Shown: piece by piece, positions 48,954 to 64,000 of the stretch
Layout: every line of letters starts with the position of its first letter
Position numbering within the stretch: position 1 is the first letter of the stretch
Origin: Prorocentrum cordatum
Lineage: Eukaryota
DNA length: 64,000 nt
Direction of reading: 5' to 3'
Assembly: GCA_963575745.1 (NCBI GenBank)
Contig: CAUYUJ010000238.1
Location: forward strand, 1 to 64,000
Notes under the pieces: generated by a model
What the model saw: the letters and a program-made list of their open reading frames with translations, nothing else
What the model was told of the DNA's origin: nothing
Databases searched by the model: none
Position numbers and translations under genes: made by a program

Positions 48954-49081
48954 GGTCGGGCATGTCCTCCTACAGGTGGGCAATGGAAGAAAATAACAAA
49001 TGCTCAAAAAGAAAAGAAAAATCGCCCCAACATTGTTGGACTCTTCTTGAGCATTCCTCCTGTAGGGTGACATGCCCGACT
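48954..49081. mobile_element. MITE family A copy (reverse orientation)
   Basis: TA|GGTCGGGCATGTCCTCCTACAGG ... CCTGTAGGGTGACATGCCCGACT|TA. Confidence 0.85.
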
Positions 49082-49582
49082 TAAGACTAGACTCGCCCCG
49101 CTGTCGCGGGCACGTATAGGGAGGAGGAGGTGTCGAGGGGAGAGCCGGAGGCCTCTGGGAGGGATCCCAGCCGAAGATTTCTCTTGAGGAGCAAGCAACA
49201 TAGACCTCCCAGGGAACAAGCAATGTACAGAGAGAGAGAGAGCGAGTAGACAGGTGTAGTCTCAAGCGCCTTGGGCGAACCGGAGGAGCAGGAGGGCGAA
49301 GAGAAGGAGGAGGAGGGAGGGAAGAAGGGCGGGAGGGAAGGAGCAAGGAGGAGGAGGAGGCGGAAGAGCAAACGAGGGAGGGGGGGAGAAGGAGGAGCAG
49401 CAGCACCACCACGGGGAGGAGCGGGATGCGGAGGGGAGGCGATGAGGCGGGCGGAGGGGCAAGACCAGGCAGGAGCGCCTGCGCGCGCCAGCGGCCCGAC
49501 GCCGCGGGGAGGAGGAGGAGGACGGGGGCCCGGCTGTGCCGCAGAGCCGCCCTCGCCCGGCGTCCGCCCGGCCGCCCCCGAG

Positions 49583-49684
49583 GATCACCGAGATCGACCA
49601 GGTGCTCGGGCGGCTGTCGCTGTCCGACCGCCTGCTGGTCTCGGAGTTCTCCCTGGGCCAGCGGGTCTCGGGCCGCGTGACGAG
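49583..49684 (+). CDS. Candidate exon containing an S1-domain-like start (ITEIDQVLGRLSLSDRLLVSEFSLGQRVSGRVT)
   Basis: cccgAG|G acceptor, AG|GC donor, strongly GC3-biased. FSLGQRVSGRV resembles the S1 N-terminal motif (L/F)xxGxxVxGxV. Confidence 0.55.
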
Positions 49685-49757
49685 GCCGGGCCGGGGCTCC
49701 CGCGGGCCGCTGGCCTGGAGCCGGCCGGGGGTCGGAGGCGGCCCAGCATCAGTTGTT

Positions 49758-49912
49758 AGTCGGGCACGGCCCTCTGCAGGAGGAGTTTTCGAAGAGTCAA
49801 AACACAGTCTGGGAAGGATGTTGTTGTTCATGTCTGACTTATATCTTGGAGCATTGTTTGAGTATCTTATATGTTTCGTCCCACATCCGCCTGTAGGGGG
49901 ACACGCCCGACC
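49758..49912. mobile_element. MITE family A copy
   Basis: AGTCGGGCACGGCCCTCTGCAGG ... CCTGTAGGGGGACACGCCCGACC. Confidence 0.75.
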
Positions 49913-51879
49913 TGGCATTAGTTCTGGCCAGCAGGAAAAGGGGGGGTGCATCTTCGAGGCTCGGGGTTCGGGAAGGTCTTTGTTGCCTTCTCCGGCTTCT
50001 GGGGGGGGCCGCTGTCGGGCCCGGGAGGCCGTCAAGCACAGGCCATTGGCGGAGGGATCCGGGGACCGATTTTGAGAGGCGTTGGATGCATCTTCCCTCC
50101 TGACCGATGTCTAGGGTCCGAACCAGTTCAGACCCCCGGGCCGCCTCCAACCCCTCATTGTTCCTCCTCCTCCTCCTCCTCCTCCTCCTCCTCTGCCGTC
50201 CTTGCGTCTTCGTTCCCTTGGCTCCCCATCATGTTGCGAAAGACTCTTTCCGAAGTGTGCGATTGCACCTAATCTGAATCATTTGCGAGCGCAGGTTGTT
50301 CGACCCTGTGCAGCGATCGAAGTGCTCCTGATTCGACTGTCGGGAATGGGATTCCATTTAATGTTTGACACCGATGGGAGCACAGTGCTCCCACGCGCCC
50401 CACGGCCGCCCTTTTGTGGTTGACAATTGAGACTGTGTCGTGTGAAGCGTAGCCAGCCAGCCAGCGTCCTCATCCTCCTGACCATTCTCCTCATCCTGCT
50501 TTCATTTCGGGGCCCTCTGGGTTCCAGAACTTATGTGGCATGGTGCTCCCTCCCACCACGCACGGACATTGCTGGCCCGCGACCAGCAGGGCGTCCCTCG
50601 AGAACCACCCCACAGGCACCCCCCGCCAATATTCGGCCCGCCGCCACGGCCGTTACTATTGGAAAGCAAGCGGAGCTTGCCAGCGCCCACAGAGCTGGAG
50701 CGACGGATCCCCGCTAGGGCCCGAACGACCCTTGGATTCAAGACGACGAGGAATGCTGTTGATTTGCCTTACCCCTGTCAAACGCAAGCTGCGGCCTGCC
50801 TCAACCCGCACATCTAGACAACCGCGAATAGGTTCCACGAGTGTTCCGCCCAGCCCTGTCAACGACGCGACGAGCAACTTCTGGAACACGCCGGAGCCGC
50901 AGCGTTCGGTCTCCTCCACCACTGCCAAGCAGGAGAGGCTGGACAAGGAAGTTGTCGAGGCCCGCGCTCGGTCAGACACCGCGCGGGAAGACAACAAGAA
51001 ATTGTGGGAGGTGGTCATCCGTCTCCAGGAGACCGTGGCAAATTCTGGGGTAGAGTTGTACCTGAATTGGACACCTCCAACGCAGGCGATTGAGACAGGA
51101 AAGCAGTGTATCATTACTGTATTATCACTTCTGGGCGAGGCGCGATTCGCCATTTACTCCAGCTTAAATTCTGCTAGTTTGCTGGACTGGCTACATCTGC
51201 CGTTCTCGTTGACGCAACGACGCCTGGGAAGAGCATGTCAACCACTGCTGCTGGCGCTGGGGTTTTGGCCGCTCCTCGTGCGAAGATCCTGTATTCGGCC
51301 GTGTAGCAAGACAACGATTGGCGTACATTCACCATCAACACGTTCGACGGTGGAGCCGCGCGAGTCTTTACCAATCACGAGAGGAGCCCCCAGGATGATC
51401 AGCCAGGAGGTCCACTGCGAGATGCTTTCGAAATTGGTTGTCATAGCCGCCACAGGTTCGGCTGGGATCTCGCGCTCGACGGACCCAGGGCTACATCGCA
51501 TGCCGTTCGCACCCGCGGTCGCTGGTGGTGCATCAGACCAACCGGGTATCCTATAATAGAGCCTGGTCGCGGACAGCCAACGTTCAGCCACGCGCAGAGG
51601 GGGGTGGGGGGAGGGGGGGAGGGCTTCTTAGAAGCACCCCTGCTTAGAAGGCGCGGGCCTTATCTACAGATGTAGTGCCAGCGCCTTCTAAGAAGCAGCC
51701 TCCCTCTAAGAAGCCCTCCCCCCTCTCTCCACCCCCTCGTGCGCGCCGTCAAAAGCTTACGTCCGAGTGGAGGGCCACAAGACGAGCGACGTGGGTTTGC
51801 CTGGCCCCGCCGAGCGGCCGCCGTGGGCGGAGCCGGATGTGACGCGCCCGCAACCACGGGCGCTCCTCCTGACACTATT

Positions 51880-57715
<5,836 letters not shown>

Positions 57716-58515
57716 TAATCAGTCTGGGGCCGTCGGTGACCCCCACTCGTCGCCTCGTCAGGACGGGGTTCGGAAGACTGGCCGGGCGCGTGCCCTCGAG
57801 AAGCCCAGGGGCCGACGTTTACCGTGTCCCCGATTGGGGGGGGGGCCTTTGTCGTGCAGGCGCCTCGGGAAATATAACGAGCTACAGGACTCTCTGGAGA
57901 GGTGCAGACACTGTAATGTTTCATCCGTACACGTTTGTGGAGGCGGGTTCCGGGACCATCGGGAAACGGTTCGGGGTCAGACGTCCCGTCGATGGGGTCA
58001 TGGGGCCGGGGGGGCCCATGGATCAGACAAATCAGGCCCCCATGTTCCGGGAGGGCGGAGGGTGGAGCGGAAGAAGCGGCCCAGGGGGCAGAGGAGCGGA
58101 GGACTCGGCTAGTGACCTGTCCCTCCCAGGACAGAGAAGCACGGCGTGTACCTGAACATCGGGGCCTGCGTCGAGGCGTACGTGCCGAAGCGCCGTCTTG
58201 TGAAGAAGATCGGGTTATACAAGAAGGACGGGGCGCTTTCGGCTGCGCGCGGGGGCCCGATCCGCGGCCTGTCCGCCCCTTCGCTGGCAGTAGTGTTTGG
58301 GGTGTGTGTGTGACCGTGCTGCACGTGCGCACGGCAGCTGGTTGAGCACAACGAGGACGCGTGCATGCATCAGCACCCGCCACAATATAAGTACTCGACG
58401 CGGAGATCTCCATACGCGCGTCGCATGTTCCTGACAAGTCTCGCTGAGGGACTCCGTCTGTGAGCATCTGTGTGCGAGCGCGAGTCCGCGTAGACGACGG
58501 GGGCAAAGGCGACGG

Positions 58516-59870
58516 CGCGAACGGGGGAGTGATAGACCCGCTGACGGCTCCCCTCGGAGTGCTAAAACCAGCGCCTTTCTTGAGATACCCTCACAAACTG
58601 CTCCGAAAGCAAAGGATGTGAGGGGGGCAGAAACAGGTAGACTGGTTGAGACATCCCCACAATCTGGGCACGAACCTTGGAGTGCCCCCAACCCCTGGCA
58701 CCCCCCCCCCTGGGAGTGCTGAAACCAGCACATCACCTGAGACATCCTCACAATCTGCTCCAGAACCAGACGACGCTGGGCTTGAGACACCCCCACAATC
58801 TGGGCGCGAATCTTGGAGTGCCCCCACCCCTAGCGGTTCCCCTTTGAGGTGCCCAAATGCAACGTTTGTTACATCGCGGCGAGCAGGACCTACAGAAAAG
58901 TTTGAGTGAGGACGAGTGCGTCAGAGTGCTAGAGTCTGAGCGCGTATGAGCGCAATTGCCTCTGATTCCTTGAGTGGGCCCGAGTGAGTCTGAGTAGGGA
59001 GGTCATGTGACTGATTCTGCGAGAGGAAGATTGAGTCTGTGATGAACCAGCGCCCCGTCTGAGACATCCTCACGATCTGTTTTGAACTCAAACGGACTGC
59101 CCGCCAATACAGGCAAACCGCTTGAGACATCCCCACAACCTGGGCGCGAACGGGCCCGTGATACACCCCCTGGGCCCCCTGGGGGCCCCCCCGCAGTCCC
59201 CCCTTGAGGTGCTGAAACCAGCGCCTCGCCTGGGACATCTTCACAATCTGCTTGGAACACGCAGACGAGTCTGCCCACCAAAACATGCAAACTGTTTGAG
59301 ACATCCCCACAACCCAGGCGCGAACGGGGGAATAAAATAAACCTTAGTGGCTCCCTTTTAGGAGTGCTAAAACCAGCGCCTTGCCTGAGACATCCTCACA
59401 ATCTGCTCTGAACGCAAACGAGTCCAGCCACCAAACAGGCAAACCGTTCAAGACATCCCCACAACCTGGACGCGAACGGGCCCCTGATATACGTTTGGCG
59501 GCCCCCCTCTTCGGTGCTGAAACCAGCGCCTCACTTGAGACATCCTCGCAATATGCTCCGAAAGCAGAGGATGCTGGCCACCAGCACGGGCAAACCGCTT
59601 GAGACATCCTCACAATCTGGGCGCGAACGGGCCCGTGATAGACCCCCTTGGCGGCTCCCCTGTTGGGTGCTGAAGCCAGCGCCTCGTTTGAGATTAATCA
59701 CAATCTACTCTTAAAGCAGCGGATGTTGGCCACCAAAACAGGCAAACCGTGTGAGACATCATCACAATCTTGCCGCGAACGGGGGAGTGATATACCCCCT
59801 GGCGGCTCCTCCTTGGGAAAGCTGAAACCAGCGCTTCGCCTGAGACATCCTCGTTCCCTGGGCACGAACG
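58516..59870. repeat. About 153-bp satellite, about 8 diverged units, each with two TGAGACATCCYCACAA motifs
   Basis: GTGCT(G/A)AAACCAGCGCC-like unit starts at about 58559, 58716, 59040, 59209, 59363, 59514, 59668 and 59819. Confidence 0.9.
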
Positions 59871-61324
59871 AGGTTTTGAGTTTGAGTGAGTCTGGGTGTG
59901 AGTGAGTCTGGCTGAGTCTGGGTGTGTGTGAGTATGACTTGGTGTCAGTACGAGTGACTCTGAGTGCGAGTGAGTCTGAGTATGAGAAAGAATGTGTATG
60001 GGTGTGAGTGAGTCTGAGTGTTTAATGAGTCTGAGTGTAAGTGAGTCTGAGTGTGAGTGAGTCTGAGTATGAGTGAGTCTGAGTGTGATTGAGTCTGAGT
60101 GTGAGTGAGTCTGAGTGTGAGGGAGAACGGAGAGGAGAGGGAGGAGGAGGAGGAAGAGGAGGAGGAAGAGAGGGGAGGCGCCTAAGCAGCAAGAAGAACC
60201 CCATCTTACCACATAGGACAAATTGTCATCAGCAGGCGGTTGCGGTAAGAACGTGCCTCAGGGATGGCGTCGAGAGGGCCAGGGCCCAGAGACTCGAAAA
60301 TACCAGTCAGCCATCGGAGGCTTGGAGGCCTGCCACCCAGCCGGCGCTCACGGTTGGACGCGGAAACGGAACATCCGTTCGGCTGAGTTGCCCGGACAGG
60401 CAACACGCAACCTGGAGCGTGTTGACGCGTGGCTCAGCACGTAGGGAAAACGTGGGCTTGGCTGCACACGTTCGCCAGAACGTAGGGCCACGGGTTGAAC
60501 CGACACCTGGCGCCTCGACCCGGTGCGTTTCGAGCACGGCACGTGCTGCGTCTCAGCGCGGGCGTCGCAGGACAGCTAAGCCGCTCAGAGTCCGAGCCCC
60601 GCGGCCTTGCCTGAAGCACCCCAGGGAGCAGGAGCGGGAGCGGGAGCGGGAGGCTTTCGTCTGCCTCACTCCTGCTGCGCCCGACGGGGTCGCCAGTGGT
60701 AGTTCCCTCGCCCTGCCTTTCTGGCACGCAGCCTTCCTCTTCCTCCTCCTCGTCCTCACCAGCAGCAGCAGCATCAGCATCATCATCATCAGCATCATCA
60801 TCATTCTCATCATCATCATCATCATCATCATCATCAGCATCATCATCATCATAATCATCAGCATCCTCATCCTTATCCTCATCCTCATCCTTATCCTCGT
60901 CCTCATCCTCATCATCCTCATCATCCTCATCATTCTCATCCTCATCCTCATCATCCTCATCCTCATCCTCATCCTCATCCTCATTATGATCCTCCTCCTC
61001 CTCCCACTCCTCCTCCTCCTCCTCCTCCTCCTCCTCCTCCTCCTCCTCCTCCTCCTCCTCGCACTCCCCCTCCTCTCTACCCCGAGGCCTGCACGGGCTG
61101 GGGGTAGAGTCGTGGGGCCCCTGAAGTGGTCGCTGGCCCTGGCCTGGCCCGAGGGTCCGATGGCCAGGTCTTCCTTCGGAAGGTTTTCTGCGGGCGGGCA
61201 TCCGTCGGATGGCCCGCCGAGCGGTAGCTGGCGCGCGGGTTCGGGCGAGCTCAGGAGCCCGTCCGCCACACGACGTGACCCGACCCCTTTCCTCCTCTTC
61301 CATTCCGTTCCCTTGTGAATATTC

Positions 61325-62030
61325 CTTCCTGTCGCTTCCGAGACTTCACGGATGGAGAGCGGGTCGGTTTCAAAATGTGGTTCTCGTTTTAGCGCCGCGC
61401 GCATCCTCTCTACACATTTGCAGGAGCTTCCCGGATGGAGGGTGGGTCGTTTTCAAAATGTTGTTCTCGCTTCAGCGCCGCGCACATTCGTTTTAAAAAT
61501 TCGCCAGGGCTTCACGGATTGAGAAAGGTCGTTTTCAAAATGCGGTTCTCGCCTCAGCGCCGCGCGCATCCGCCATACAGAAGTGCGAGAGTTTCCCGCA
61601 TGGAGGGCGGCTGGTTTTCAGATTGTGGTTCTCGCCTTCGCGCCGCGCACATTCGCCAAAAAAACGCAAGAGCTTGACGGGTGAAGGGCGGCTCTTTTTC
61701 AAAATGCGGTTCTCGCCTAAGCGCCGCGCACATTTGTTCTAACGGTTACACCAGCTTCAAGGATTTGATTTGCGAATTTCCCTGAAATGGCGTTTTGGCA
61801 CGATGTCGGGTTCTCAGGCCGCAACAGTTAAGTTGAGTCGTGGTGATGAAGCCCCAGAAATGGTGCTCCGCCGGCACGATTCAGGATCGTCAAGACGCAA
61901 CGGTAACGGTGATTCGCGGCGTTGAAGTCCCAGGACGAATGTTTTGGCACAGCTTGGGATGTTCAAATGGTTGTGCTCCAACGGGGCACTTTCTTCAGTG
62001 AATATGAATCCTTGTATGGGGCCTATGAAG
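61325..62030. repeat. Same dispersed element, copy 2 (five about 83-bp units)
   Basis: Units at about 61377, 61460, 61542, 61625 and 61706, followed by the homologous tail. Confidence 0.8.
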
Positions 62031-63107
62031 AGGGAGGTTGGAGGGAGGATTGATTAGCGTACCGTTGATAAGCCTTGGGCTTACACTACGCACTGCGGAG
62101 CGCTGCGGTCTGTCCGCGAAGCCTGCACCGCGCACGCGCGGCGCGACGCAAAGACCTCCACCCCACCCCACATCCTCCGAATGTCCTCAGAGGCAGGGGG
62201 GGGAACCTCAGGAAACAGCCTCAGGACTGGGCTTGCACTGGTCCTCCTCCTCGTCCTCCTCCTCCTCCTGCTCCTCCTCCTCCTCCTCCTCCTCCTCCTC
62301 CTCCTCCTCCTCCTCCTCCTCATTGAAGGTCCCCCACTGGACCAGAGGTCCCGCAAGCTTGCTCGAGTCGCGCGTCGAAGCTACGAGCAACATCTTTCAC
62401 GCTCACCAGCCTCACCAGTCAGTTTGGTGAGCCAGAGGTGGAGAGGCAGCAGTCGCCCAGGGTTTCTCTTGTCTTGCCTTGCTTCCTCCTCCTCCTCCTC
62501 CTCCTCCTCCTCCTCCTCCTCCTCCTCCTCCTCCTCCTCCTGCTCCTCCTCCCCCTCTCTCCTCCTCCTCCTCCTCCTCCTCCTCTTCCTCCCCTCCTCC
62601 TCCTCCTCCTCTTCCTCCTCCTCCTCCTCCCCTCCTCCTCCTCCTCCTCCTCCTCCTCCTCCTCCTCCTCCTCCTCCTCCTCCTCCTCCTCCTCCTCCTC
62701 CTCCTCCTCCTCCTCCTGCATCTGCGCGGGAGCGAGAGCGGCGCGCCGTAGGCCCCTTCCCGCTCCGCCCCGCGCGAGCGGCAGCCGCGTGTCGTCGCCG
62801 TCGCCGCCGCCGGTCATGACGCTGCGGGCGTCCCGTCGTCTGTCGCGTCGTCGTCGCTGGCGCTGTCCCGGCGGCCGCCGTCGCTGCTGTTGCTTGTGGC
62901 TGCCTGTTTCTCTGCCTGGACCCCGTGCCACTTTCTGGGCGCGCGCGCGAGTCCAAGCTAGAATCCTAGAGTCCTCCTGCATTTTGCCTCCTGCTAGCGG
63001 GCGCCCCTCCCGAGGGGGACCTCCTCACGGAGCTGGAGATCGTAGACCTCGACGTGGGGGGAGGGGGGGGCGGCGCGACCACGACAATGACCACGACCAT
63101 GACGATA

Positions 63108-63163
<56 letters not shown>

Positions 63164-63777
63164 GGGTCCCGGCCGGGTCAGCGCGGAGGGGTTGAGGCCT
63201 CGACGCGATCGGGGGTTCCCGCGGAGGCTTTTGGAGGGCAGCCGGAGGCCTTCGGAGGCCTCGCAGGGCCCTCGGAGGGCTCGCAGGCCTTCGGAAGCTC
63301 CCGGGGACCTCCAGTGGCCTCCGGAAACTCATGGGGGCCTTCGGAAGGACCTTCTTCCTCGTCCTCCTCCTCCTCCTCCTCCTCCTCCTCCTCCTCCTCC
63401 TCCTCCTCCTCCTCCTCCTCCTCCTCCTCCTCCTCCTCCTCCTCCTCCTCCTCCTCCTCCTCCTCCTCCTCCTCCTCCTCCTCCTCCTCCTCCTCCTCCT
63501 CCTCCTCCTCCTCCTCCTCCTCCTCCTCCTCCTCCTCTCTTCCTCCTCGTCCTCGGGAGGCCTCTGGGGGCCTCGGGGGCCCCGTCTGCAGACCTCGGGA
63601 GACTTCCAGGCGGTCCGCGCCGCCTTGGCGCTGCGGCGGCGCAGGCGCAGGCGCTCAAAGGTTGGGGGTCCTCTGGGTGCCCGGCTCGGGCAGGGGCCCC
63701 GCAGGATTTTGTTTCCCTTCGCAGCGTGGCAGAGGCGACCCGCACGCGCGCTCGAGTAGCCGAGGGCGCGCGACATA

Positions 63778-64000
63778 CTAATTGACTGGCAGCAAGAGAA
63801 GACGGGGTGCAGCGGCCGCGGGAAACAGGCGGAGGAGGAGGGAGGGCACTCACCACAGAGAGAGTTTCAGGGTGAGCGCGCTGATGTGGCCAGCCTGAGC
63901 TGAGGAGGTCTGCCCCGCAGGGAGCAGGTCTGAGGTGGCCCAGCACTGGTTCCAGCCAGCAGGGAGGAGGGGAAGAGGTTCGAGGCGCTGGGTTCGAGCA
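63778..64000. repeat. Dispersed repeat related to about 26472-26615 and about 2575-2660
   Basis: Shared GGAGGGCACTCACC...AGAGTTTCAGG...AGCCTGAGCTGAGGAG (26.5 kb) and GAGGTGGCCCAGCACTGGTTC (2.6 kb). Confidence 0.7.

Noticed and set aside
58516..59870. CRISPR-like alternation of conserved and variable segments
   Set aside because: The 'spacers' are homologous between units, the repeats are degenerate, no cas genes are present, and the context is eukaryotic. It is a satellite.

Overview
Repeat-dense, GC-rich eukaryotic DNA, most likely from a dinoflagellate. This assignment is inferred from a relict spliced-leader-like motif, AG|G exon junctions with GC donors and multi-kb introns. Most ORFs in the track are artefacts of (CCT/GGA)n, (CAT)n and (TAC)n tracts. 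The supportable content is: (1) an intronless, apparently intact kynurenine-3-monooxygenase-like flavoprotein gene (20470-22020, +) preceded by a degenerate DinoSL, i.e. a probable retrogene; (2) a chain of small + strand candidate exons invisible to the ORF track, four of which (1652-14228) join in frame into an S1/OB-fold-like peptide, with further candidates up to 49684 that would place the retrogene inside an intron; (3) a frameshifted PIF1-like helicase C-terminal remnant (-); (4) at least three TA-flanked MITE families, one with 12 copies; (5) two copies of a satellite-filled element with a Helentron/DINE-1-like structure, each inserted at about the same position of a MITE; (6) many mini- and microsatellites and a 100-N assembly gap. 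All calls were made by eye, with no database searches.
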